IMG/VR virus record: IMGVR_UViG_3300033145_001771
Location: 1-63,847 of that record
Reading direction: 5' to 3' (one strand)
Source: a virus
Taxonomy: Duplodnaviria > Caudoviricetes
DNA length: 63,847 nucleotides
The number at the start of each line of letters is the position of its first letter. Positions within the stretch are counted from its first letter, which is position 1. The notes below the pieces were generated by a model. That model was not told the DNA's origin. It saw only the letters and a program-made list of their open reading frames with translations, and did not search any database. Shown piece by piece: positions 29,617-41,380 of this stretch. The position numbers and the translations under genes are program-made.

Positions 29617-30729
29617 TTAACTGTATGCTTCTAATCTTTTAACAGCAATCTTAGCTGCATTCTCCCATGTCCATTTGTTTTTCATATCTTTACCTGCCTG
29701 GATGCCTTTTTTCTTTACATCGTCTGGATTTTCATATACATCTCTCATAATTTCTCTTAGATGCATAGTTGATGGGATTGCTATTTCTTGATTATAGTAG
29801 TCTAGACAAAAACTACTCGCTAATCTCATAGAAACTTTTTCCAATCCTATGATATCGATTAGATATCCATTTCTATCATTGATAAAGTCAGTTTGCCCAC
29901 CCCAATTGGTCATAATAGCAGGTAACCCACACGCCATAGCTTCTGAAGCAGGCAGACACCACGATTCTCCTCTGGAAGGTAAAACAAAACAATCTGCTGT
30001 GTTATAGAGGTGAGCCATTTCCATATCTGTTAGTTTTCTGTGAACTAGCTGGACATCAGGAAGATGTGTATCTCTAACTTTAAGTATAGTATTACTGATA
30101 AGTTGATTTACTACCATTCTATCGTAATTTGTATCTGAAAATAGATATGATTTGATTATAAGGGTTATGTCATCTTCATCTGTAAATTCAGAAACGTATG
30201 CTTTTAATAACTCACCCCACCCCTTTCTGAACATAAACTGGCCAACAGCTATAAATGCAAATTCCTTTCTTTTAAGGTTTAATGGAGTTAGGTTTGGTTT
30301 AAATATATTAGTATCTACTCCATGAGGAACAATATGCAATTTATCTTTAGATACCCCGCCTCTAGCGAAAGTTTCTACGTTAAATTTACAAGGAATCCAA
30401 ATCTCATCCATTTGATTGCAGTATGCTGTCCAAACAGGTGGCAATGAGTTAGTCTCAAAAACACATTGACCTATAGTAGGTTTTTCATGATATATTCTAA
30501 ACCGCTGGGGGGTTACACAATTAACTTCCACGTCCCCTGCACCAAAGCCTTTCGCCATTAACTCATATAATCTTGGTTGTGTTATAATTTTAGTTACGTC
30601 TACAGAGCCCTCTTTTACTCGGATGTCAACACCTAACTTATCAAGAGCAAGCGCAAAATTACGCCCAACGCTTGCGTAGCCAGACCAATCTCCAATCGGC
30701 GCAAAATAATCTACTGAAACCATTTTCAC
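29617..30729 (-). CDS. Glycosyltransferase family 4 (GT-B)
   Basis: SGYA, HGVD, RKG, FVLPSRGESWCLPASEAMACG. Confidence 0.9.
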   Translation of the reverse strand: MKMVSVDYFAPIGDWSGYASVGRNFALALDKLGVDIRVKEGSVDVTKIITQPRLYELMAKGFGAGDVEVNCVTPQRFRIYHEKPTIGQCVFETNSLPPVWTAYCNQMDEIWIPCKFNVETFARGGVSKDKLHIVPHGVDTNIFKPNLTPLNLKRKEFAFIAVGQFMFRKGWGELLKAYVSEFTDEDDITLIIKSYLFSDTNYDRMVVNQLISNTILKVRDTHLPDVQLVHRKLTDMEMAHLYNTADCFVLPSRGESWCLPASEAMACGLPAIMTNWGGQTDFINDRNGYLIDIIGLEKVSMRLASSFCLDYYNQEIAIPSTMHLREIMRDVYENPDDVKKKGIQAGKDMKNKWTWENAAKIAVKRLEAYS

Positions 30730-31037
30730 CTCTTTAATCCTTCCAATTCTTTCTCAGTTGTAAATGGTAATAGTTTTGCCTTATTTTTACCAACGTAGAA
30801 TGCTCTGCATTTAAAGTTATAGTATACATGGAACGGATTAAGCTTTTCACCACTATATATTGGTCCTTCAACCTTTATTGATTCCTTGATTATTCGATAT
30901 CCTTTTGCTGTTACTTTCGTTAAAAATCTTTCTTTATGTGCTTCAATCGATTCGCTAAACGAGCCAGTATTTACCAAATCTTGATGCACATCCTTATTTA
31001 TTGCTATACTCCAGCCAAATAGCTTAATCTTTCTCAT
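30726..31037 (-). CDS. Hypothetical protein
   Basis: Overlapping start/stop within the operon. Confidence 0.55.
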   Translation of the reverse strand: MRKIKLFGWSIAINKDVHQDLVNTGSFSESIEAHKERFLTKVTAKGYRIIKESIKVEGPIYSGEKLNPFHVYYNFKCRAFYVGKNKAKLLPFTTEKELEGLKR

Positions 31038-31914
31038 GTTCCTCTAAAATTTCATCTAACGATATTACATTATTCCCTATTGAGATTAGCTTACCACCAT
31101 CTTGTTTAAGTCCTTTTGGCTTCTGTTCGGGGTGTAGATATTCAAAATAATACGTCCAAAACGCTCTTCTTTCCACGCAATAGGTATCGTTTCTCCACTC
31201 TTTAATCCATTCTTTAATGCTGTCTGGCAAGGTCCCTTCTTTCATTCTCCTATGAAGTTCTTTCCAAGATGTAATGTTGTTAACAAGCGCACACATCTCT
31301 CTAAAATCTTCCCATATTTTAGACCTTTCTTCTATCCTCTCGCCAGTCCTCCAATAATAATTACAATATTGTCTGAACCATTTCTCTGGAGTTTTTATAT
31401 GATAAAACAGAAATGGAGCTTTACTTCCCTTAAGGTTTGCACACATTTTTTGATGTGTGGGCCGTATGTAATGCATCCCTTTTTGGTATTTATAAAAAAG
31501 TTCTTTTTCCCATTCCGGAACACTATGCAAAATTATTTCTTTTTTATCAGTTTTTAATATGTCCAAGCATTTGAATGAAACGATATTATAATTCTTCCCA
31601 TCATCAGAATCTTTGATGATTTGTCTTAAGTTTTGTCCTAATTGTTTTGATATAATTTCATCTGGGTCTAACTCCAATACCCACTCGCCTTCTTTAACTT
31701 GTTGGAGAGCATAATTCTTTTGATTAGATAGGTTTTCATCCCATTTTTTGAGATATGCTTCGATGCCACAACGCAACATCCAAGTTAAGAACTCATCTGA
31801 AATAGAATCATCATGAACAACGACCGCCCGGTCAACATAAGGAAATGCTCTATCAAAACACCTTTTAAAGATATCTTCATCCTCCCTGTATAGAGTCGTT
31901 ATAAGTGTAATCAT
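31024..31914 (-). CDS. Glycosyltransferase family 2-like (GT-A)
   Basis: W.ENLS.QKN, WVLELDPDE; paralog of 37711. Confidence 0.8.
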   Translation of the reverse strand: MITLITTLYREDEDIFKRCFDRAFPYVDRAVVVHDDSISDEFLTWMLRCGIEAYLKKWDENLSNQKNYALQQVKEGEWVLELDPDEIISKQLGQNLRQIIKDSDDGKNYNIVSFKCLDILKTDKKEIILHSVPEWEKELFYKYQKGMHYIRPTHQKMCANLKGSKAPFLFYHIKTPEKWFRQYCNYYWRTGERIEERSKIWEDFREMCALVNNITSWKELHRRMKEGTLPDSIKEWIKEWRNDTYCVERRAFWTYYFEYLHPEQKPKGLKQDGGKLISIGNNVISLDEILEEHEKD

Positions 31915-32074
31915 TTAAACTTGCTCCCTGATAGTGATAGCTTCCCCCGTCTGCCGTTAAATCTCCACCTTATATAGTCTTTAGTATTGCAATGCATAGA
32001 CATATCACAACTACCGCACCTATCTTTAAGTTCTTCCACCGAATATCTTTTCCGTTCTTTGATGCAATAAAACT

Positions 32075-32836
32075 TCATATAAATCCTCTCGTTGCCGCTC
32101 GCACATCATTTGATATTTCATTAAGTCTATTATTAACTATTTCCCAGTCTATTTCTGAATATGGTTTATCTAGCTCGCCTCGAATCTCTTCGACGTGCCT
32201 TTGAGTAAATATATTAAGATTAAATATCTTTCTTGCCATTGGTTTTTGTAAATGTAGTATCGGGTACGTAGAGCAACTATTAATGGAATTTCCCTGGTCA
32301 ATTAATTTATCTGTTCGTTTATCGTAAACTCTGTTATGGACGTATCCTTTCCAATAACAAACTGACTTTCTGAGAAGTCTAACTTGATAATCAGGATAAT
32401 TATATCTGTCAGGTAAATTAATTCTCGGGAATCTAAATGCGTCTAACAGTGGCTCTTGTTGGTTTCCTTTCCATATTAGCTCTTTCATATTGTTTAAGAA
32501 GTTCACATCAAATAGCTCATCAGCATCAATATGTAGAACCCATTCTGTTGGAGCAATTTCGTGTAAAAGATTTCGTTCTCCAGCTTGATTTTCAGCAAAT
32601 TTAGAGTTGTCTTCTCGTTCAATTAATTTATAAATGTCAAATTCTGATAATATTTCTTTAGTCTTATCTGTGCTTCCTTCATCAATAATAACGATATGTT
32701 GTAGATACGGTTGATGCCATTTTAAGCAGTTTTCGATATAGCTCTCTTCATTTCTGATAACGAGGCATCCGGTTATATCGAATTTATTCATAGTGGATAT
32801 CCCCCGGTTATATATTCTAAGGGTTTCATCAAACAA
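32075..32836 (-). CDS. Glycosyltransferase family 2
   Basis: RNEE, IDEGSTDKT, WVLHIDADE, YPDYQVRL. Confidence 0.88.
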   Translation of the reverse strand: MFDETLRIYNRGISTMNKFDITGCLVIRNEESYIENCLKWHQPYLQHIVIIDEGSTDKTKEILSEFDIYKLIEREDNSKFAENQAGERNLLHEIAPTEWVLHIDADELFDVNFLNNMKELIWKGNQQEPLLDAFRFPRINLPDRYNYPDYQVRLLRKSVCYWKGYVHNRVYDKRTDKLIDQGNSINSCSTYPILHLQKPMARKIFNLNIFTQRHVEEIRGELDKPYSEIDWEIVNNRLNEISNDVRAATRGFI

Positions 32837-33696
32837 GCTAAGGGAGGGATATTAATTAAATCGGTACATTCTCTGATGTTAATGCTCCCAATTTCTTTCA
32901 TATGGCTTTCAGCTTCTTGTAATGCCATTGATAACATTTCTGAATCTTGCAATTTTCTCCCTTCTTTTTGGTTAACTGGATGCTCATTAATAATGTTTTG
33001 ACTCCAAATATGATAATACGCTCTCCTAAAGAAAAAGTCTTTCTTATCTCTTTCTGATATGTTTTCTGGAACTATTCTTCGAAAGTGAGCGGATTGAATT
33101 CCATCACAGGGAGTTTGAACTGCGCCTATTATTGCTCCCTGCCCACCATAACGCACATCCAGATGTGCTTTATAGAATTTTACTCCGTCGTCAAAGGGGT
33201 TTCGGTTTTGGTATCCATCATTGATATGATAGACATCGCCAATAAAATCAGGCATTTGCCAAAACTGATATCCTCTACTATCACACAATGTCAATACCCT
33301 TAAATCTTTAACTGTTGGATAAAGAACTTGGTCACTATCAAATTTCAATATCCAATCGGCTCCACGTTCGTGTGCTATTTGAGTTGCTATCGATAAATTT
33401 CGTGCTCTTAATTCTGATGTTTTATTGTTAATTTGTGGGGGTGCAATATCCCAAGATGGCTTTATTTCAATAATCTTATTGTCTTTATCGATTTGCCTAA
33501 GCACTGCTGATTCCCGTTTCAACATAGCATCATCTCTTCGGGGATAAACCACATCATCAAGTCCACCATTCACAACAACAATTTCATCAACACAATTATA
33601 CACGGAGGAAATACAATACTCAAGCCAGTATGATGGATAACTTCCAACCGCCGTAATTCCTGTTATTTTCATAGCGGTGGCATCTCCTTCTTCCAT
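32788..33696 (-). CDS. Glycosyltransferase family 2-like
   Basis: VDEIVVVNG, RN, DWILKFDSDQ. Confidence 0.7.
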   Translation of the reverse strand: MEEGDATAMKITGITAVGSYPSYWLEYCISSVYNCVDEIVVVNGGLDDVVYPRRDDAMLKRESAVLRQIDKDNKIIEIKPSWDIAPPQINNKTSELRARNLSIATQIAHERGADWILKFDSDQVLYPTVKDLRVLTLCDSRGYQFWQMPDFIGDVYHINDGYQNRNPFDDGVKFYKAHLDVRYGGQGAIIGAVQTPCDGIQSAHFRRIVPENISERDKKDFFFRRAYYHIWSQNIINEHPVNQKEGRKLQDSEMLSMALQEAESHMKEIGSINIRECTDLINIPPLACLMKPLEYITGGYPL

Positions 33697-34128
33697 CCTT
33701 CTTTTACTCCGATGGTACTATCATCGATAGTAACTTTCAAGTCTATCTTTGCATCGAAACACATTGGATTGAAATCAAGTTCGTCAAACTGTTTTAGAAT
33801 ATCTTCCTTTGTTTCTGTTAATACTTTTAAAATGTTTTGTTTTAATAGTAAAACTTCATCTTCTTCAGTCATTCCAATTCCTCCTCATTTATGTTAAAGA
33901 AATTTTTAATCCATTTCACAACAGATTCTTCTTGTTCAGATGATAGAACATAATCATTCATCAATATTCCCGTTTTAGTTATTTTTCTTATCCATTTGAT
34001 TGCCACATGCCGTAATTCTAAAATATCAGCACCATATGAACAGCAAGTATGTCCTTTTTCACCGTGAGGGGGGTTGCTCTTGGGTGGACCTATCATTTGT
34101 GTTCTTATATCCTTCAAAGTTTTAAGTG

Positions 34129-34695
34129 TCATTCCTTCCACCATATCCCCGTGCCTATATCATATACCACGCATTCTTTGTGGCCAACCAAACTTTCAAA
34201 AAACTTTCCTGCTTCTTGCATTTCACCTTCATAACGACCTTCTTTTGGAAATTGTCCAATTTTAATATCATGGACCCCAACAAGCCCGCCTTTTCTAACG
34301 AACTTTGAATAATTTTCAAAATCTATTTCTATTTTACTTTTATCTGCATCAATAAACAAAAAGTCTATTTTACGACCATTTAATATTTGTTCCAATCTTT
34401 TAATAGTGTTTGGGTCATAAGATGAACCCAAAATAAATCGAACATCCTTTTTGTTATTTTTATAATTCCAACTGATTCGTTTTACTTCATCAATTCCAAC
34501 TACTAGCCCTTCATCGTCTATTAATTCTTCCCAAAACTTCAACGACCCACCTTCATCGACACCAATTTCTACAATAGTGTGGGGTTTAAGTTCTTCGACT
34601 TTATTTACAAGCCAGAAAAATTCTTTTTTGTCTTGACCGACATGCTCAAGAGAATCGTAAATTTCGTCGAATCTTTTTCTATTCATATTTTCCAT
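34129..34695 (-). CDS. Class I SAM methyltransferase (Methyltransf_24-like)
   Basis: VEIGVDEGGS, DFLFIDAD, GGLVGVHD. Confidence 0.85.
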   Translation of the reverse strand: MENMNRKRFDEIYDSLEHVGQDKKEFFWLVNKVEELKPHTIVEIGVDEGGSLKFWEELIDDEGLVVGIDEVKRISWNYKNNKKDVRFILGSSYDPNTIKRLEQILNGRKIDFLFIDADKSKIEIDFENYSKFVRKGGLVGVHDIKIGQFPKEGRYEGEMQEAGKFFESLVGHKECVVYDIGTGIWWKE

Positions 34696-35392
34696 TCAAC
34701 TCCTTTTAAATTCCAACCTCTAATCGCTATATCATGTGGTCTTTGAATTATATTTTTGCTCTTCTTGAAATTACTTGTTATAAAACTTAACATTGTCTGC
34801 GGTGCAGGAACATCACTTGCTGCAGAAACTACATGAGGCGGCAAATTATGGTCACTAACGATAAAACTTTACCGACCAAGGTATCTAAATATAACAATGC
34901 TTCTTTTCGTTTTCCGCCTCCCTGTGGAGAATAAAATGGAAAGTGGCACTCGTATAAATGTAAATATGCAAAATAACTATTCTCTGATTTATTCTCTAAG
35001 AAATACTCAATGATTTCTTTTGAATGCATTTGTTCTGGTGTTTGAATCCACTCCATATTAAGTTTACGTTGTTCATCATCAATCCATGGGAATATCAACT
35101 CGGTTACCCACCCATTGCCACTTAGATAAAACTGCTTCTCAGTCAATTCCCTCATGCATGTCATAAAGAAGGGATTTGACCATTGCTTTTGGATTTCTCT
35201 ATGAAAGCACATTGGGATTTGGCAGACTGGTAACATACCTCCAAGCAGTGCTCCTGCGGATGGCCTACTCCCAAGACCAAACGAAACTGCTGGATGCGGA
35301 TTTAACCTCATAATATTTGGTGGTTGAGCCTCTTGAATGTAATTATAGTCCATTGCTTCTAACACAATAATTATACGTTTAATTTCACCCAT
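34683..35392 (-). pseudogene. Alkaline phosphatase/sulfatase superfamily protein, frameshifted near 34865
   Basis: IIVLEAM, SRPSAGALLGG, FAYLHLYECHFPF, LYLD; the conserved IVSDH and the C-terminus lie in another frame. Confidence 0.6.
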
Positions 35393-35436
35393 TGTTGCTC
35401 CTATAAGTTAATAACCATCCTTATATTTAAATATTA

Positions 35437-36642
35437 TTACCAATGTTTAAACTCCGCCTCTATTTCGTTTCTTGCATTTAACAGTTCCTTCGATGTTAAA
35501 TGGGATGTCGATATTGTTGGAATATAATGACCTGGTATTCCCTTGAAAAATGTCGGGTTTGAGAATTTGATATCATATTTATTTGGATTTTTAAATATAT
35601 CGGAGGCTTTATATACTTGTAGTAGTGATACATCAATATCGTCAGGCTGAGCGGTTTCAATCCATTTTTTAGTTTTTTCTATTGTTTCTTTCGATTCTCC
35701 AGGCAAACCGACAATTAAGAATGCTTTCAATCGAATTCCATATTTATGACACATCCTCACAGCCTCAGTATTTTGCTCTACTGAGGTTTTTTTATTAATA
35801 TTATTTAAAATTTGTTGTGAACCACTCTCTACTCCCATGCCAACTTCAACGCATCCTGACTCTGCCATCATTTTTATAATGTCTTCAGTTATAATATTGG
35901 CACGGATAAAACATCGCCAAATCATATTTAATTTTTTGAGGCCTGCACATATTTCTTTTAATCTGTCTTTCTTTAGAATAAAGATATCATCATAGAACAT
36001 AATTCCACCATAACCATATTTGTTCTTTAACTCTTCCACTTCTGCTAATACATTTTTCGCTGAACGAAACCTTACCCCCTTCAAAAAGCGGCAGCAAAAA
36101 GCACATGAATAAGGACATCCCCGGCTTGTAATCATGTTTGTTGCTTCAACGCCGTCTATTTCGTAATGATATTTTTTAATATCAATTGCATCTCTGTCTG
36201 GAAAAGGTAGTTCATCGAGGTTTTTAATTTCGTCTGGATATATGATTATATTTTTTCCACGTCTATTCTTAATAACATTATATGTTGCTTCTTCACCATC
36301 TCCAACAACAGTCAAATCAAATCCATCGTATTGGGATTGAAAGGGATAACAAGAAGCGTGTGGTCCCCCAATCATGACATAGCTTTCTGGGTTTATCATT
36401 TTAATTAGATTTAATATATCTTTCGCTGCAGAATATTGTGGTGTTGTTGCAGTAATTCCATATATATCAGAGCCAGAAAGCTTCGGTTGTTTATCAATAT
36501 TTAAATCTATAACTCTAACTTTGATTCCTTTTGATTTGAGATATGCCGAAACATACAGCAATCCCAAAGACGGAAAGGTCAAAGGATTTAAGAGGAAGTT
36601 TGCAGGAGGATTAATTAGTGTTATATCAAATACTGGAGGCAT
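35437..36642 (-). CDS. Cobalamin-binding radical SAM protein (class B methyltransferase-like)
   Basis: LGLLYVSAYL, GGPHA, GDGE, SRGCPYSCAFC, GVESGSQ, GLPGE. Confidence 0.92.
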   Translation of the reverse strand: MPPVFDITLINPPANFLLNPLTFPSLGLLYVSAYLKSKGIKVRVIDLNIDKQPKLSGSDIYGITATTPQYSAAKDILNLIKMINPESYVMIGGPHASCYPFQSQYDGFDLTVVGDGEEATYNVIKNRRGKNIIIYPDEIKNLDELPFPDRDAIDIKKYHYEIDGVEATNMITSRGCPYSCAFCCRFLKGVRFRSAKNVLAEVEELKNKYGYGGIMFYDDIFILKKDRLKEICAGLKKLNMIWRCFIRANIITEDIIKMMAESGCVEVGMGVESGSQQILNNINKKTSVEQNTEAVRMCHKYGIRLKAFLIVGLPGESKETIEKTKKWIETAQPDDIDVSLLQVYKASDIFKNPNKYDIKFSNPTFFKGIPGHYIPTISTSHLTSKELLNARNEIEAEFKHW

Positions 36643-37325
36643 ACCATCTCCCCTTTTAATTTTTCTCTAAAATATTTATCTGCCCTACGAAGATGCCTGA
36701 TATTTCCAACATCAAGCCATAACTCATTTGTAATATAAGCACATATTTTTTCTCCTGCATCGAGCATTTTTGGAATTACGTTAGTCGCTATGTCTTCACC
36801 GTATTTAAAATAAGATATCACCTGTGGTTCTAAAACAGCAATCGCTGTCCAAGCAGGTTGGCCGATTACGGGTTTCTCTCTCATTTTAATAATTTCATCA
36901 CCTTTTACATCTGCAAGACCGATTTCCAATGGCACTTGAGTTGTCAAAGCTAAGGTAGCTGCGGCTTCTCGTGCTTTATGGAAATTAACCATACCTTCAT
37001 AATATATCTCTGTTAAATCATCCCCATAACGTAGAATAAACGTATCGTCAATGAATCTCTTTGCGCATAGCACTTCTCCTACTGTCCCTATCGGCTCTTC
37101 ACTAACGCTATATGTTAAATCAATGTCTCTAAATTCATGTCTATAGCTTAGTTCATCCTTCTTATTTATGCATAAAACAATATCATCAAATCCTTGGTCA
37201 ATAGCATCTTCAATTATCCAACGGACACAAGGCTTACCTGCAATATGAACTAAACATTTTGGAATTATATCGGTATAAGGAGATAGGCGTGTACCTTTAC
37301 CCCCCGCAAGGATAAAGAGCTTCAT
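36621..37325 (-). CDS. Sugar-phosphate nucleotidyltransferase
   Basis: ILAGGKGTRL, PK, GT, YGD, EKP, WLDVG. Confidence 0.92.
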   Translation of the reverse strand: MKLFILAGGKGTRLSPYTDIIPKCLVHIAGKPCVRWIIEDAIDQGFDDIVLCINKKDELSYRHEFRDIDLTYSVSEEPIGTVGEVLCAKRFIDDTFILRYGDDLTEIYYEGMVNFHKAREAAATLALTTQVPLEIGLADVKGDEIIKMREKPVIGQPAWTAIAVLEPQVISYFKYGEDIATNVIPKMLDAGEKICAYITNELWLDVGNIRHLRRADKYFREKLKGEMVCLQYLI

Positions 37326-37706
37326 TTACCCACCACCATACTTCAATCGAAGCAGTGCATTCGTAAGAGCAAAAACTATAATTTGCTCGTTCATCTTCAA
37401 GAAGTTTTCAATGGTTGGATTTAATTCTCGAACACATTCTCTCCACATCAAATTACGCCTCCAAAATAACGCGTGTAATAATTCATGTAATAATCTTCTT
37501 TCATCAGAAGCATATATAACAGCGTATCTTTCACTTCTAAATTCTATCCTGCTTTGGGTAAAATCCTTTATTGCTATAACTTTGAATCCCCAATCACATA
37601 GCCCCAATCGATGTTGCCACTCATCAGTTAAGTTTTCTATTTGCTTTTGAGTGAGCCTTTTTTCAGGAATGACAAGCCACTTGGGTCTTTTTATTTTTTC
37701 TTTCAT
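37326..37706 (-). CDS. HExxH-motif hypothetical protein
   Basis: WQHRLGLCDW, LLHELLH. Confidence 0.55.
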   Translation of the reverse strand: MKEKIKRPKWLVIPEKRLTQKQIENLTDEWQHRLGLCDWGFKVIAIKDFTQSRIEFRSERYAVIYASDERRLLHELLHALFWRRNLMWRECVRELNPTIENFLKMNEQIIVFALTNALLRLKYGGG

Positions 37707-37710
37707 TTAC

Positions 37711-38526
37711 TTATCTATAATGGTGCAAAATTGGAGCGTATGGTTTTCGGGCACTCTTCTGGGTGGTAAAAGGTGAAATAGTAGTGGAACTAATAATAAA
37801 CTCCTTCAATTCATGCGGTATGTTCCCCTCTCTTAAGATTTTACGCATCTCAGGCCATTTGACATCGATACCTAATTCGTGAAGTAATTTCTTATATTTA
37901 ACCCAGTGTGGATTCTTGGTACCTAAGTTTGGACCACCACCATTAACATGAAAGTTTCGTGCTCCTCGTTCAATTACATCTAAAGGTGTTTTGATGTGAT
38001 AGTAACAAGCACTCCTCGGTGCTTTAATGAACTTTCTCTGTCCCAATAATGTTTCATGCGGAGTGCCAATAAACCGAGTTTCTTTATTCTTTTTGACCAT
38101 CAGGGTCTTATACCACTCTGTAGCTCTTACTATATCAACAGAAACATTTAATTTATCCAAGCTTTTAACCATCACGTCTACTGCATTAAATTGAATCGCA
38201 TCCGCACCGACTGATTCACATTGCTGGATAAAATTTCTCAATTCTTTACGTGCCTGCCAATCCAGATATTCATCGGGGTCAAGCCATACAACCCAGTCTC
38301 CTACATTTATCAAATTGATATAGTGGTTGCGATATTCTGAAAAATTATCAGTCCATGGAAACTCATGCAATCCAACACCAATGTTAGACATCCATTTTAT
38401 AAATTTATTTGAGAGTGTCCCATCATGTATAAGCACGACTCTATCAACATAGTCTTTCATTTGTTCAACATTTAACCGAGTCTGCTCTTCACGCTCACCG
38501 AATGTGCATTGACAAAAAGTTAGCAT
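37711..38526 (-). CDS. Glycosyltransferase family 2-like, with a C-terminal frameshift/deletion
   Basis: WTDNFSEYRN, WLDPDE, HE; the paralog-matching tail YYFTFYHPEECPK is in another frame. Confidence 0.75.
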   Translation of the reverse strand: MLTFCQCTFGEREEQTRLNVEQMKDYVDRVVLIHDGTLSNKFIKWMSNIGVGLHEFPWTDNFSEYRNHYINLINVGDWVVWLDPDEYLDWQARKELRNFIQQCESVGADAIQFNAVDVMVKSLDKLNVSVDIVRATEWYKTLMVKKNKETRFIGTPHETLLGQRKFIKAPRSACYYHIKTPLDVIERGARNFHVNGGGPNLGTKNPHWVKYKKLLHELGIDVKWPEMRKILREGNIPHELKEFIISSTTISPFTTQKSARKPYAPILHHYR

Positions 38527-38737
38527 TTTTCTACCTCCAGATAATAAAAATACGTTCCACTAAAAAAAGCAGGAACAACCAGAGTTAATAATCTAATATC
38601 CTGGCAGGAAAAAATCATTGTGACACAACTCACGAAAAAAATTGACAGCAAACCAAACGATTTTATGCAATACCATAGACTGCTCCAATTTTCTTTTTCC
38701 GTCAATATATTAAATAACCACTTCCAATATCCCATTT

Positions 38738-38926
38738 TCAAATCTCCCTATAATGTTTACCCTTTATTGGGTTTTTAATCTCATGAAATATTCGGATATG
38801 AATCTGACATTTATGTAAATGAACAAACATTTTTCCACACTTATCAACGAGGCATTCAAATCTATACGCATACTGGCCTGGGGTTCTTAGCATTGCCGTT
38901 TCCGAATCATTTTGATTTAGCTTCAT
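38738..38926 (-). CDS. C2H2 zinc-finger protein
   Basis: FECLVDKCGKMF...HIRIFH. Confidence 0.55.
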   Translation of the reverse strand: MKLNQNDSETAMLRTPGQYAYRFECLVDKCGKMFVHLHKCQIHIRIFHEIKNPIKGKHYREI

Positions 38927-39298
38927 GTTCGCTCCTCCCTCTATACCAAAGTATGATAGATATTGTATCTAGAGGATTACCATCTTCCCACGCACTTGTA
39001 ATAAAAACTTCATCGCATTTTGTTAATCTTTTTATTGTATTAATACTTTCGTCTGTAACGAATAATGCATCAAAGTAATAACTGACGTTCCCGACTTCTC
39101 TGCCATCAGTCAATTTTTCAATCAGACCCACATCAGCCAATACATCTAATAACTCCTTCATATCAACTTCCGATATCGATTATTTTATCTCCATAGTCTC
39201 TATACTTTACTCCTTTATAAATCCATATCTTATTGGGCTTACAAATTGAGCATGGGCCACAGCAGCGATACGATGAAAGGCATACTTCGGTTTTTATT

Positions 39299-40261
39299 TT
39301 ATTCATATTTTACAACTCCTCTCTCTCGATAGTTTTTGAACGCATTTATCGTTAGGCGTAACCCATCTTCAAGTGAGTGTTTAGGATACCACCCAAGCTC
39401 TCCCCCAATCTTACTTGCAAAATGTTCGCCCAAGTATTGTCTGTTAATTTCTTTTAAATTTTTGTTGCGTTTAACATATCTCGGTTTAACGGGATTTCCC
39501 ATTAAGTCTAAAATTTTTAGCACCAAATCTTCCTGATTGATTACTTGACCCGAGCCAATATTCCAAATTTCACCATCTGAACGTAATGTTAATAGTGCAT
39601 CTATCAGGTCGCGAATAAAAATATATTCTCGTTTGCTTTTATCGGGTCCGATTTCATCGAATATAATTGGGCGTCTGCCGTTTAATATCGTTTGTATGAC
39701 ATTTGGAATTATTCGTCGGTTCAAGTCAAAGCCATAGATGTTACAAGGCCGTGCAACAGATATATTCATATCATATGTGTGAGCATATGATACTGCAATC
39801 GAATCAACACAAATTTTAGAGGTTTCGTATGGACCTGTTGGCTTTAATCTATCAGACTCCTCGGCTCCTTCCGTCTCTCCATATACCTTGTCCGTAGACA
39901 TTACAACAATTTTTGCATGCATATCCACAACCCGACATGCTTCAAGGAGAGCCAATGTCCCATTAACATTAATATCATACGTTGGAATCGGTGCCTTAAG
40001 AGCTTTACTTACAATGCTTTGTGCAGCCAAATGAAAAATGGTATCTATCTCATAATCAGTTAATACTCTTTCATGTAATTTTTGATTTCGGACATCTCCT
40101 CGAATCGATATAATTTTATCTTCAATATCCAATATTTTAAGCATCGAGTTTGGTTTGATATCATGAACTAATCCAATTACATTTTTACCTTCACCCAGCA
40201 AACGCTTAGCCAAGTGCGAGCCAACAAATCCAGAAATTCCGGTCAAGTATATATTCTTCAT
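39299..40261 (-). CDS. NDP-sugar epimerase/dehydratase (extended SDR)
   Basis: TGISGFVG, HLAAQ, STDKVYG, YETSK, NIYG. Confidence 0.92.
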   Translation of the reverse strand: MKNIYLTGISGFVGSHLAKRLLGEGKNVIGLVHDIKPNSMLKILDIEDKIISIRGDVRNQKLHERVLTDYEIDTIFHLAAQSIVSKALKAPIPTYDINVNGTLALLEACRVVDMHAKIVVMSTDKVYGETEGAEESDRLKPTGPYETSKICVDSIAVSYAHTYDMNISVARPCNIYGFDLNRRIIPNVIQTILNGRRPIIFDEIGPDKSKREYIFIRDLIDALLTLRSDGEIWNIGSGQVINQEDLVLKILDLMGNPVKPRYVKRNKNLKEINRQYLGEHFASKIGGELGWYPKHSLEDGLRLTINAFKNYRERGVVKYE

Positions 40262-40646
40262 TCAACGACTCCTTATATAACACTTAATTATAGTAATTAA
40301 TGCTAAAAATATCCAAACCACAATAAGGTTTATGAGAATGTAAGCAATCGTAGATTTTTGTAATAACATATAGACAAACGCTAAAAGAGAAGTGCAAAAA
40401 GCGAACCACAAAAAATACACAGTATCAATTTCTCTCATTTGTTCTTTGTCTCCTCAAAAATCCACTTTAAATCCAGTTTCGCTATCCACTCACCAAATGA
40501 AGAAATATAAAAATCAGTATCTTTGCTCGAAGCATTAAATATCTCTTCCATATTGAAAATATCACGTTGAAATTCTGGAAGTTGTTCTCCGTCTTTATCA
40601 AAAGCTAATACTACTCCATTTGTAAACATAATCACTTTGTTTATTT

Positions 40647-41012
40647 TCATTCGTCTCCCTCTAACAATTCAGGATTCTCATAGATGTTGCCGACGACTTC
40701 AAAGGGCGCTAAAAGATAAAATGGCTCCCCCCTGTCACCCACATTCGGATTCATCGCATGAAACTCAGATGAAACTATCCCAACAAAGAATTTAACTGGT
40801 GCAACCTTATTCTGCCAATTCTTTAATATATCCCCTTCGTAAATCTCCTTCCCATTCTTGTCTTTGAGTCCCGTGTATTGCATTAATATTATCCTACTAG
40901 ATTTTTGTATGTCTTTAATCGCTTCGTTAATTGGAAGGCTGGGGAGATATAACCATTCTTGAACCCAGTCTTTTTCAACGGTATCCCACGCCCTCAATTT
41001 AATCTCTCTCAT
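40647..41012 (-). CDS. YopX family protein
   Basis: MREIKLRAWD, QYTGLKDKNGKEIYEGDI, VGNIYENPELL. Confidence 0.9.
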   Translation of the reverse strand: MREIKLRAWDTVEKDWVQEWLYLPSLPINEAIKDIQKSSRIILMQYTGLKDKNGKEIYEGDILKNWQNKVAPVKFFVGIVSSEFHAMNPNVGDRGEPFYLLAPFEVVGNIYENPELLEGDE

Positions 41013-41380
41013 TTGTTCTCCTTTTTTATGGCAAGAAATTAGGATTTACTAAATCTGGGTCCGGTCTAATTACCGTAGAAAGTTCCTCTTTAACACACTT
41101 ATCGATTTCAAGCACTTGGTCAGTTATCTGACATAGCCAAATAGGACATTTCCCAATGCGCCAAAATTCTTTTTTGAACTGGCAGTCATCACATTTTTCA
41201 TAACTCATCTGAGTTGGCACATCTGTAATCGTAATATTTTTCTCTTTATCATAAAATCGGTGTTCGTCTTCCTTGAGTTTAATATTTTTATTAATTAGTG
41301 TCAATTGTCGTTGTCTTTCTTTAAATAGTGCTCTACAAATATCTTCTCGAGTATCTACATTTTTAATTGTTATTTCCATT